Part shown: positions 10,647-21,261 of the stretch, piece after piece
Position numbering within the stretch: position 1 is the first letter of the stretch
Layout of the letters: each line of letters starts with the position of its first letter
NCBI GenBank assembly: GCA_963736705.1
Contig: CAVTPV010000005.1
Location: 1,391,056 to 1,455,055 of the forward strand
Source: an uncultured Actinomycetota bacterium
GTDB taxonomy: Bacteria > Actinomycetota > Thermoleophilia > RBG-16-64-13
Length of the DNA stretch: 64,000 bases
Direction: 5' to 3'
Program-made: the position numbers and the translations under genes
The notes under the pieces: generated by a model
Told to the model about the DNA's origin: nothing
What the model saw: the letters and a program-made list of their open reading frames with translations, nothing else
Databases searched by the model: none

Positions 10647-11583
10647 GTGCCGGTCCCCGACCGGGTCTGTTGGTGGACAAGCCGGCCGGCCCCACCAGCT
10701 TCGACATGGTGCGGACGGCGCGCCGCGGCACGCGCGGCCGGGTGGGCCACTCCGGGACTCTCGACCCCTTCGCCACCGGTCTCCTGCTCGTGATGACCGG
10801 CTCGGCTACACGCGTCTCGTCGCTGCTCATGGGGCTGCCCAAGGAATACGACCTGCTGGTGCAGTTCGGCGCCGTATCGTCGACAGGCGACCCCACCGGG
10901 GAGATCACCCCCTGGAGTGGCGGTGCGGACAGCGGAGCCGCTGGCGACCGGCGCGGCGGACGCGGCCTCTGTAGCCGCGGCTGCCCGCATCACAGCGAAG
11001 GAAGTCGTGGGGGTGCTCGACCGGTTCCGCGGCCGGATCACGCAGCGGGTGCCGCTGACGTCGGCCGTCAAGGTGGACGGGGAGGCGCTCTACAAGAAGG
11101 CCCACCGCGGGGAGACCGCCGAGACCCCGGAGCGGGAAGTGATGGTGTACGACCTGAGTCTGGTGGAGTTCGACGACGAGGCGCAGACCGCGCGGCTGCT
11201 GGCCCTGGTCGGCAGCGGCACCTACGCGCGCTGCCTGGCCATGGATATCGGCGAGGCGCTTGGTTGCGGGGGCTATGCGGCCGCGCTTGCGGCGCACCCG
11301 AATCGGTCCTTTCTCTGTGGACGATGCCGTGAGCCCCGACCGACTGTCGCCCCAGCTATACGCTGAGGCCGGCCGGGGCGTGCTCACACTGGACCAGGCC
11401 CTGGCGTTCATCCCGAGTCGCGAACTGGGGGAGACGCGACACGCGGCGGGCCGCCAATGGCAACGAGCTGCAGGTCTCCCTGCCGGGCGGTTCCGCGTCT
11501 ACGGGGGCGGCCGTCTGCTGGGCGTGTACGAGGGCGCCGGAGACGGATCCCGTCCGCTGGTGATCTTTCCCGGGGCGGCGTGA
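10647..11583 (+). CDS. truB: tRNA pseudouridine-55 synthase (several frameshifts, start approximate)
   Basis: LLVDKPAGPTSFDMV...VGHSGTLDPFATGLLLV (catalytic Asp motif), then VPLTSAVKVDGEALYKKAHRGE and a PUA-like tail ending ...RFRVYGGGRLLGVYE. Confidence 0.85.
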
Positions 11584-11585
11584 CC

Positions 11586-12520
11586 ATGCGCATCTACCGC
11601 GCGCTGACTGACGTTCCCGATCCTGTGGCGGCCGGCCGGGTGGTGGCCATCGGCGTGTTCGACGGCGTGCATCGCGGGCATCAGCAGATCCTGTCCCAGG
11701 CGGTCGAGGCCGCTCGGGCCACGGGGGCCACGCCGGCCGCGGTGACCTTCTATCCCGCATCCGGACGCTGTGCTCCACCGGCGGACTGCCCCACCGATGC
11801 TGACTCCACTCGAACGGAAGGCCGAACTGCTCGAAGGGCTCGGCCTTGAAGAGTTGGTCGTCGTCCCGTTCGACAGGGAGTTCGCCCGACTGAGCCCGGC
11901 GGCTTTCTGCAGCGCCGTGCTGTCGGAGCATCTGGGAGCGCGCGCTGTGTTCGTGGGACGAGAACTTCCACTTCGGGCACGGCGGCGCAGGTACGCCGGC
12001 GGACCTCCGCCTCTACGGGCAGACCCATGGGTTCGACGTCGTCGCGGTGGCATTGGCCCGGGATGCGGGCGAGGTCATCTCCAGCACTCGGATCCGCGAG
12101 GCCCTCAGAGAGGGAGAGGTGGCAGAGGCCGCCCGGCTTCTGGGCCGCCCACACCGCATCGAGGGGACCGTCATCAGCGGCGTCGGCCGGGGTAGGGGCC
12201 TCGAGGCGCCGACGGCCAACCTCGCGCCGACCCCCGACATGGCGCTGCCCCGTCTGGGCATCTACGTCACCCAGTCCACGGTGGATGGTGGGCACACCTA
12301 TCGCTCGGTCACGAGTGTCGGCACCAACCCCACCTTCGAGAGCGACGGAAGGATCCGCATCGAGACTCTGCTGTTCGATTTCGCGGGGAGTCTGTACGGT
12401 GCGAAGCTGGCGGTGGATCTCCTGGCGCGGATACGGGACCAACGGACGTTCCCGGACCCGGATAGCCTCGCCGCCCAGATCAAAGAGGACGCGGAGATCG
12501 CGCGGTCCTACCAGGGATAA
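11586..12520 (+). CDS. ribF: bifunctional riboflavin kinase / FMN adenylyltransferase (2 frameshifts)
   Basis: VVAIGVFDGVHRGHQQIL..., ...ENFHFGHGGAG..., ...EGTVISGVGRGRGLEAPTANL...GIYV...VTSVGTNPTF. The ATG follows the truB stop at 11581-11583. Confidence 0.9.
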
Positions 12521-12582
12521 GCCACGGGCAGACACGGGGCCGATGGCCCGGGTCGTCTGGACATGGCCGCACCGGATGGTTA

Positions 12583-14738
12583 TTGTATTGCTGTCCTTTT
12601 TCGAAACGGCTGACATGGGCGAGCAAGGGAGGGTTAGTGGCATCTGTGTGCGCTTTGACGTCCGGGGGACCGGCCTGGTCGAGGTGGGTCGCTCGGACAT
12701 CCGTCGGATCGACCGCCGCTTTGTTCGTCTTTCTTCTCGTTCTCATCCTCTCGCCATCCGCGGCCTTCGCCGCAGACGCTCCCACTGTCATCGGGTTGAG
12801 CATCGATTCCGGCCCTGCCGTCGGCGGCGCCACGGTGATCGTCACAGGCACCGGTTTCACCGGGCTCTCGGGGACGGCGGCCGTCTCGTTCGGTGGCACC
12901 GACGCCGCGAGCTACACGGTGGATTCTCCGACCCAGATAACCGCGGTCACTCCTGTGCATGCCGTGGGCAAGGTCGACGTGCGCGTCACGGCCGAAGGGC
13001 TGACCAGCGCCGACACCGGGGCGGACGACTACACGTTCTTGACCCGCTACGACCAGACCGACGCGCGCCTGATCTACGGCGGCACCTGGGCGCCGTTCTC
13101 GACGGCCTCTGCCTGGAAGGGCTCCTACTCACGGGCGGCTACGGCCGGTGCTGCTGTCACGATCTGGTTCAACGGTACGCGGCTCGACTGGCTCGCCATG
13201 AAAGGCACCACGACGGGCAGCGCCGATGTATACCTGGATGACGTCTATCAAGCGACCATCGACTTGGCCGGCGCGGTCCCGGCATACCAGCAGAAGGTGT
13301 GGTCCACCGGCGCGGTCGGCAGCGGCACTCATCACGTGCGCATCGTGCGCAACGCTGCAAGCGCTTCGGGCAAGTACGTGACCATCGACGCGGTCGACGT
13401 CCTCGGATCGGTCATCGACTCGCCGCGCGTCGAGCAGAGCGACAGCCGGATCGCATACGGCGGCGGCACCTGGGCCACGTACAATACCGCCGGCGCCTCG
13501 GCGGGCAGCTACGCTCGCACCAGTAGCTCCAGCGGCGCGGCCATCATCGCTTTCAACGGCACCAAGCTCACGTGGGTGGCCGCAAAGGGCACTACGTTGG
13601 GCAAAGCGTTCGTATCTGTGGACGGCGGGGCGGCGGTCAGTGTCGATCTGGCGGCGGCCGCGGTGGCCTACCAGCAGAAGGTCTGGGACACGGGGACACT
13701 CTCCGCGGGCGACCACGAGGTGAAGATCTGGTACGACGCCTCGAACGCCTCGGGCAAGTTCATCAGCGTGGATGCGGTCGATCTGGAGGGTAGCCTCACC
13801 AAGGCGTACTTCACCACGCGCTACGAGCAGGACGACCCGCGGTTCCTGAACACCGGTCTGTGGTACGTGGGGACCTCCGCCTCGGCGTCAGCCGGCAACT
13901 ACAAGTTCGGCGGCACCGGCACCGGCATCACCGTGAACTTCACGGGTGCGCGGCTCGACTGGATCGCCACGTTCGGGCCCGACCATGGGCATCGCGGACG
14001 TGTCGGTCGACGGCAAGGCGCCGGTGCAGATCGATCTCTACAGCGCGAGCACGGTGTACCAGAAGGTCGCCTACACCACGGGGATCCTCACCAGCGGCAA
14101 GCACGTCGTCGAGATCACCTGGGACGAGAGCAACGGCGCTTCAGGCGCGTACTTCAGCGTGGACGCGTTCGATGTGGTGGGCAGCGTGCCCTGGGAGTTG
14201 ACCCTCTCGGCGTCGCAGGCTCTGTGGGTGGAGCAGAAACTCAGCGACCTGTCCTACCGGCCGGGCACCATCGACGGGGTGTTCGACACCAAGACGCGGG
14301 GCGCCATCATCGCCTTCCAGAAGTGGGAGGGGCTCACCCGTAACGGCGAGGTGTCCGCCTCAGTGCTGAACCGGCTGGCCGCGGCTGTCAAGCCGAAGCC
14401 GACCCATTCGGGCTCCACCTGGATCGAGGTCAACAAGACCAAGCAGGTGCTGCTCTTCTGTAAGGACGGGGTGCTGCAGTGGACCATCCCGGTCTCCACC
14501 GGCAGCGCCAGTGTGGGCATCGTCACGCCGTCGGGAACAATAAGGTCACCAGGAAGACGACGGAGACGAGCCCGCGGTACCAGCCCGCTCTACATCTCCA
14601 CCACGCTGTTGGCCATCCACGGCTATCCCAACGTGCCCACCTACCCGGCAAGCCACGGGTGCGTGCGTACCCAGTACTGGGACCAGGACGCCATATGGCC
14701 GCTGGTCGCCGGTGGGCACGCCGGTCTACGTCTACTAG
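12583..14738 (+). CDS. secreted multidomain L,D-transpeptidase: signal peptide, IPT/TIG, three tandem ~125-aa beta-type repeats, PG-binding domain, YkuD domain (about 4 frameshifts)
   Basis: Signal-like ALFVFLLVLILSPSAAFAADA. IPT/TIG at about 12778-13038. Repeats at 13039-14188. PG_binding-like LSYRPGTIDGVFDTKTRGAIIAFQKWEGL. YkuD catalytic motif HGYPNVPTYPASHGCVR. GTG 12637 after GGGAGGG is the likely start. Stitched stop TAG at 14736-14738. Confidence 0.8.
13039..14188 (+). repeat. three tandem protein-level repeats (~125 aa each) inside the L,D-transpeptidase gene
   Basis: Units start RYDQTDARLIYGG / RVEQSDSRIAYGG / RYEQDDPRFLNTG. Each contains SA.GSY, F.GT.L.W.A.KG, YQQKVW/YQKVA and GK..S/T.DAVD..GS. 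Confidence 0.7.
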
Positions 14739-14767
14739 GCGCGCGCTGCCGCCAGCGCGAGGACTGA

Positions 14768-14799
14768 CCTCGGGGCCGGCGGAAACGCCGGCCCCGAGG
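14768..14799 (+). terminator. strong hairpin terminator after the L,D-transpeptidase gene
   Basis: Perfect 14-bp stem CCTCGGGGCCGGCG / CGCCGGCCCCGAGG with a GAAA loop, followed by TGTCTGTGG. Confidence 0.7.
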
Positions 14800-14956
14800 T
14801 GTCTGTGGTACCCTACATCACCGCATCAGGGCGAGGTATGCCCCTGCGGTGGCGGGCCCCGGCAGTTCCGGGAGCTCCGTCCGCATTGAAACCTGCATCT
14901 CGGCCTGGACCGCAGTGTCCCCGCTGGGAGCACGGAGCCCAAGGAGGCCATGCAGC

Positions 14957-15223
14957 ATGCTGAGCAAGGAACGCAAGACCGAGATCATCGATCGTTTCAA
15001 GAAGCACGACGTCGATACGGGCTCGCCCGAGGTGCAGATCGGCATCCTCACCGAGCAGATCAACGTTCTCACCGAACACCTCAAGACCCACTCCAAAGAC
15101 CACCATTCGCGCCGCGGCCTTCTCAAGATGGTCGGCCGTCGCCGCCGTCTGCTCGACTACCTCATGCGTGAGGACGTCGAGCGGTACCGCACGGTGGTCA
15201 AGGATCTGGGTCTCCGCAGGTAG
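14957..15223 (+). CDS. rpsO: 30S ribosomal protein S15
   Basis: [76 protein letters not shown] lies 9 nt upstream of the ATG. Confidence 0.95.
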   Translation: MLSKERKTEIIDRFKKHDVDTGSPEVQIGILTEQINVLTEHLKTHSKDHHSRRGLLKMVGRRRRLLDYLMREDVERYRTVVKDLGLRR

Positions 15224-15333
15224 TACGTGTGTTTTGGAGTCCAAAGCTGGGCTCTGAGTCGGAAAGAAGCGGCAGAGAAGAGAGAATCGGTAGGAGACGA
15301 GGGCCACGGAGGCCCTCAGACGGGAGTAGAGAA

Positions 15334-17456
15334 GTGGCAAGTGGAGTAAGCACGACAGAGGTAACGGTAGGCGACAAGACGATCACCTTCGAGACCGGCA
15401 AGTTGGCGAAGCAGGCCAGCGGCGCCGTGGTCGTCCGCACGGGCGACACGATGGTGCTGGTGACGGCGGTCGTCGCCACGAACGAGCGCAATGTGGATTT
15501 CTTCCCGCTGACGGTGGACGTCGAGGCGGGTATGTATGCCGCGGGCAAGATCCCCGGCGGTTTCATCAAGAAGGAAGGCAGGGCGAGCGATCACTCGATC
15601 CTCACCGCCCGCCTCATCGACCGGCCCATCCGGCCCCTGTGGCCCAAGGGCTTCAACAAGGAGACCCACATCGTCGCGACGGTGCTCTCCGTGGACAAGA
15701 AGAACCCCTACGACGTGCTGGCAGTGACCGGCGCATCCGCGGCCCTCTGCCTCTCTGAGGCGCCGTTCGGCGGCCCCGTGGGCGCCGTGCGGGTGGCCAA
15801 GGTCGAAGGCGAATGGGTCGTCAACCCCACCTATGAAGAGATCGAGCAGAGCCCCATCAACCTGGTCGTGGCCGGCACCAAAGACGCCATCGGCATGGTG
15901 GAAGCCGGGTGCGAAGAGGTCGACGAGGCCGATATCATCGCCGGGCTGGAAGTGGCGCACGACGCCATCAAGCAGATCTGCGCCGGCATATCCGCGTGGG
16001 CGGCTGAGGTGGGCGAGCCCAAGATGGAGTTCGCGCCCGAAAGTGCCCGACAAGGCGCTCATGGCCAAGGTCAAAGCCCGCTTCGGCGACCGGCTGGTGG
16101 AAGCGTCCAACGTGCTCGACAAGCACGGCCGCTCCGACGCTCTGGCCGCCCTCAAGCAGGAAGCGGTGTCCTCGCTGGGCGCCCGAAGGCGCGACCGAGG
16201 AGCAGACTCGCCGAGGTGGCCGGCGTCGCCAAGGCGTTCGACGCGGTCGAGAAGGAGTATGTCCGCCACACCATCGCCGTGGACAAGAAGCGGCCCGACG
16301 CGCCGCGGCGTGGACGAGATCCGGGCCATCAGCTGCGAAGTGGGCCTCGCTCCGCGGACGCACGGCTCCGGCCTCTTCACCCGCGGCCAGACCCAGGTCC
16401 TCACTCTGCTCACCCTGGGCGCCGCCCGGGACGAGCAGCGCGTCGACGGACTGGACGTCGAAGAGTCCAAGCGCTTCATGCACCACTACAAGTTCCCGCC
16501 CTTCAGCGTGGGTGAGGCCGGCTTCATGCGCGGCCCCGGCCGCCGCGAGATCGGCCACGGCGCCCTCGCCGAGCGGGCTCTCGTGCCGGGTCGTCCCCGA
16601 TGAAGAGAAGTTCCCCTACACCATCCGCTTGGTCTCGGAGACCCTGGAATCCAACGGTTCCAGCTCCATGGCCAGCGTCTGCGCCTCCACCCTCGCGTTG
16701 ATGGACGCCGGCGTGCCGATCGCCCGTCCGGTGGCCGGTATCGCCATGGGCCTCATCAAAGAGGGCGACGACTACGTGGTGCTCACCGACATCGCCGGCG
16801 TGGAAGACCACCTGGGCGACATGGACTTCAAGGTGGCCGGCACCGATCAGGGCATCACCGCTCTGCAGATGGACATCAAGATCACCGGCGTGACGTTCGA
16901 CATCATGCGCGACGCTCTCGCCCGGGCCAAGAAAGCCCGCCTCTTCCTGCTCGAGCGCATCGCCGACGCCATCAGCGCCCCGCGGGCGGAACTGTCTGAC
17001 TTCGCGCCGCGCATCGCCACCATCCGCATCGACCCCGAGAAGATCGGCGCGGTCATCGGCAAGGGCGGCGAGACCATCCGCGGCATGGAAGCCGAGTTCG
17101 AGTGCACCATCGACGTGGCCGAAGACGGGCTCATCAAGGTCTTCGCCACCGACGGCAAACTCGGCGACGGTTGCATCGAGCGCATCGGGCTGCTCACCCG
17201 TGAGACTCAGGTCGGCGACATCGTCGAAGGCCGCGTGGCTTCCACCACCTCCTTCGGCGCTTTCGTGACGCTCAAGCCGGGCACCGACGGTCTCGTGCAC
17301 ATCTCGCGCCTGGCCGACCATCGCGTGAACGTCGTTGAAGACGTCGTCAACCGGGGCGACCTGGTGCGCGTCGAGGTGCTCGACGTGCAGATGCAGGGTG
17401 GCAAAGAGAAGATCAGCCTCAGGCTGCTCGAGAATCTGTCCGCGAAAGAAGGCTAG
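15334..17456 (+). CDS. pnp: polyribonucleotide nucleotidyltransferase (PNPase) (about 4 frameshifts near 16035, 16190, 16300, 16590)
   Basis: [18 protein letters not shown]..., [53 protein letters not shown] ([14 protein letters not shown]) and S1 ([18 protein letters not shown]) domains. Confidence 0.95.
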
Positions 17457-18757
17457 TGTCCGCCGACGAGTATCGGCTGGAGAATCTTCCCAACGGCCAG
17501 CGGCTGGTAACCGAGAAGCTCGACCACCTCAGATCGGTGTGTCTGGGCTTCTGGATCCCGGCCGGCTCTCGGGATGAGCCCGGCCCGCTCGAAGGCGCCA
17601 CTCATTTTCTAGAACACCTCCTCTTCAAGGGGTCGTCGAAGTACACGGCGGAAGAGATCGCCCAAGTCTTCGACACCCTTGGAGGGGAGCTGAACGCCAG
17701 CACGTCCCGGGAGTACGTGGTCGTCTACGGCCGCTTCCTGGACGACCAGCTGCCCACGGCCATGGACGTCATGGCCGACATGCTGATCACTCCCACGTTC
17801 GCCGATCTCGATCGGGAACGGGAGGTCATCCTGGAAGAGATCGCCATGGTGGAGGACTCTCCCCAGGACCTCATCCACGACGTCCTGGCCGAGGTGGTGC
17901 TTGGACGGGCATCCGCTCGCCCATCCCATCCTCGGGACCGTGGAGAGCATCGCGGACGCCTCTGAGGACGGATATCCGGACGTACCACGGCCAGCGCTTC
18001 CAGTTCAGCGACATGGTGGTGGCCGCGGCCGGCAACGTCTCGCACGACGAGATCCGCGAGCTCCTGCTCGAGCGGCAGCCGGCCTCCAAGGGCGCGGAGC
18101 CCCAGCGGCCGCCGCTGAAGCCGGTCATGACGCCCCAGCCGGCACTTCGTGGAGAAAGAGACCGAGCAGATGCATGTCTGCCTGGGCGGGCGTCGGCTTG
18201 GCCCGCGACGACGCGCGGCGGTATCAGCTGTCGGTGCTCGACAGTCTGTTCGGTGGCTCGCTCAGCTCGCGGCTCTTCCAGGAGATCCGCGAGAAGCGCG
18301 GCCTGGTGTACAGCGTCTACTCGTTCTCCAGCCTGTATCAGGAGACCGGCCTCACCGGCTTGTACTTCGGCTGCCGGCCGGAGCGCCTGGAGGCGGTCAT
18401 GGAGACGGTGGGCCGGGAACTGCAGCGGCTCGTGAGCGAGCCGGTGCCCGAGGACGAACTGCAGCGGGCCAAGGAGCACCTGAAGGGCCGCATGATCCTG
18501 GGCCTGGAGAGCACTTCCAGCCGCATGACCCGCCTGGGCAAGGGCGTGCATCACCAACACCGAGATCCTCTCGCTCGACGAGTTGGCCGCGCGCATCGAG
18601 GCGGTCACGCCCGAGCAGGTGCTGGAACTGGCCGCCGAGCTCTATCAGCCGGCGAAGTTGTCGGTGGTGGGCATCGGGTCCGACCGGTCGCAGTTCGAAG
18701 GCGTGGTGCCGGCGGATTGTCTGGCCGGCTCTGACCTTAGACGGGAGGAGGGACTGA
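17456..18757 (+). CDS. M16 family (pitrilysin-like) zinc peptidase (about 4 frameshifts, 3' end approximate)
   Basis: HxxEH motif in GATHFLEHLLFKGS, ...REREVILEEI..., and a C-terminal inactive-type M16 half. Same position as B. subtilis mlpA after pnp. Confidence 0.85.
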
Positions 18758-18758
18758 C

Positions 18759-19499
18759 ATGGACGACGCCAAGATCAAGGTCGCGGTGTGCGGCGCCCTG
18801 GGACGCATGGGCAGCGCCACCTGCGAGGCGGTGCGGGCCGACGCGGGCCTGGAGCTGGTCGCAGCCGTGGACACCGGCTTCGACGCGGGCGCCGCCTGCT
18901 CTGCTGGGCGTGGGCAAGGACTTCCCCGATCTGGAGACCGCCTGGATGAGGCGGAGGTCGACGTGGTGGTGGACTTCACCGTGCCGGCGTCGGTGCGGGC
19001 CAACATCCTCACCTGCCTTGAGCATCGCGTTGCCGTGGTCGTGGGCACCACCGGGCTGAGCGCCGCCGACCTGGCGGAGATCGACAAGGTCACCGAACGG
19101 CAGGCCACTCCGGTGCTGGTGGCTCCGAACTTCGCCATGGGCGCCGTGCTCATGATGGAGTTCGCCAAGCAGGCGGCCCGGCATTTCAGCGCCTGCGAGA
19201 TCGTCGAACTGCATCACGACAAGAAGCTCGACGCCCCTTCCGGTACCTCGCGGCTCACTCGGCTGCGCGTGGAGGAAGCCTGGTCGGAGACCGGCGTCGA
19301 CAAAGAGGTGCCCATCCACAGCGTCCGCCTGCCCGGGCTGGTCGCGCATCAGGAAGTCCTCTTCGGCGGTCTGGGGGAGACCCTGACCATCCGTCACGAC
19401 TCTTTGTCCCGGGACTCCTTCATGCCGGGGGTCGTCCTCGCTGTCAAACGCGTGCGGTCGCTGCAAGGACTCGTGGTCGGTCTGGAGAACATTCTTTAG
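18759..19499 (+). CDS. dapB: 4-hydroxy-tetrahydrodipicolinate reductase
   Basis: KVAVCGALGRMG..., VVVDFT..., APNFAMGAVLMM..., ELHHDKKLDAPSGT. A single ORF, but residues about 45-60 look like a compensated double frameshift. Confidence 0.9.
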   Translation: MDDAKIKVAVCGALGRMGSATCEAVRADAGLELVAAVDTGFDAGAACSAGRGQGLPRSGDRLDEAEVDVVVDFTVPASVRANILTCLEHRVAVVVGTTGLSAADLAEIDKVTERQATPVLVAPNFAMGAVLMMEFAKQAARHFSACEIVELHHDKKLDAPSGTSRLTRLRVEEAWSETGVDKEVPIHSVRLPGLVAHQEVLFGGLGETLTIRHDSLSRDSFMPGVVLAVKRVRSLQGLVVGLENIL

Positions 19500-19580
19500 T
19501 ACTAGACAAGCGCCACGCGTGGCGCGGGGGCGTACCGCTGCGGCCGTACGATCTTCCGCGCGGAGGCACAGACCGGACTC

Positions 19581-21248
19581 GTGACTAAACATTCTCTGAA
19601 AGTGATCCCGCTCGGCGGGCTGGGGGCCATCGGCAAGAACATGATGGTCCTCGAGTACGGCGACGCCGTGCCTTGTGCTCGACGCCGGCCTCATGTTCCC
19701 CGATGACGACATGCTCGGCATCGACCTGGTGCTGCCGGACTTCTCTTACATCGTGGAGAACAAGAAGCGGGTGCTGGGCGTCATCCTCACGCACGGGCAC
19801 GAGGACCACGTGGGCGCTCTCCCGTACCTGCTCAAGGAGGTCGACGCGCCGGTCTACGGTACCCGTCTGACCCTGGGCCTGGTGAACGCCAAGCTGGGCG
19901 AGCATGGGCTGCAGGGGAAGGTGTCGCTGAACGAGGTCAGCAGCGCGAAGCCTCTGACCCTGGGGCCGTTCACCATCGAGTTCCTCGACGTCAGCCACAG
20001 CATCCCCGACGGGGTGGGCTTCGGCATCCACACGCCGGTGGGGACGATCGTCCACACCGGGGACTTCAAGCTGGACCAGACCCCCATCGACAACCGGCCC
20101 ACCGCCATGCAGCGGTTCGCCGAACTCGGCAGCAAGGGCGTGCTGCTGCTGCATGTCCGACAGCACCAATGCCGACAGCCCCGGCTTCACCAGCCCGGAG
20201 CGCGGCGTGGGACGGGCCTTGGAGGGCATCTTCGCCCTGGCGCCGGGCCGGGTGATCGTGGCCTCGTTCGCGAGCCACATCCATCGCATCCAGCAGGTCA
20301 TGGACACCTGCGACAAGTACGGACGCTCGCTGGCCGTCATCGGCCGCAGCATGGTCAAGAACGTCAACATCGCCCAGAACCTGGGCTATCTCAAGGTACC
20401 CGAGGGGCTGCTCATCAAGCCCCACGACATCGACTTGCTGCCGGCCGACCGGGTGGCCATCCTGTCCACGGGCAGCCAGGGCGAGCCGCTCTCGGCGCTG
20501 GCGCGCATCGCGTCACGCGACCATCCGCTGGTGGAGATCACGAAGGGCGACACCGTGGTGATCTCGGCGCGCGCCGTCCCCGGCAACGAGACCAGCGTGT
20601 ACCGCACCATCGACCGCCTGTTCGCAGCCGGCGCGCGCGTCATCTACGAGTCGTCGGCCGGAGTGCACGTGTCGGGCCACGCGGCGGCGGAAGAGCTCAA
20701 AGTGATGCTCAACCTGGTGCGGCCCAAGTACTTCATGCCCGTGCACGGCGAGCATCGCCACATGCACTTCCACTCCGAACTGGCGCAAGGCCACCGGCGT
20801 CCCGCTCGGACAACGTCTTCCTGCTCGAGAACGGCGACGTGCTCGAACTCGACGCCGAAGGCGCGGGCATCACCGGCAAGGTGCAGGCCGGCATGACCCT
20901 GGTCGACGGGTTCGCCATGGGCGACCTCCACAACCTGGTGCTGCGCGACCGCCAGCATCTGGCCAACGACGGCCTGGTCATCATCGTGGTGGCCCGCAGC
21001 GCGCAGGACGGCCAGATCGTGGGCGACATCGAGATCGTGTTCCGCGGGTTCGCCCACGCGGGCGATATCGAGGAACTCACGGAGAAGGCCAAGCAGCGGG
21101 TGCATCGAGGCCCTGACGGGCGACGGAGATGACTCAGGCCTCCGACATCACGCTGGTCAAGAACCGGGTGCACGACGTGCTCCAGAAGTTCCTGCACAAG
21201 GAAGTCGGGCGCAGGCCTATGGTGCTCCCGGTCATCGTCGAGGTGTAG
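19581..21248 (+). CDS. rnj: ribonuclease J (about 4 frameshifts)
   Basis: LKVIPLGGLGAIGKNMMVLEY, LTHGHEDHVGALPYL (metallo-beta-lactamase HxHxDH), beta-CASP part, HVSGHAAAEELK..., end ...RRPMVLPVIVEV. Confidence 0.9.
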
Positions 21249-21261
21249 GGCAGGGGAGCCG

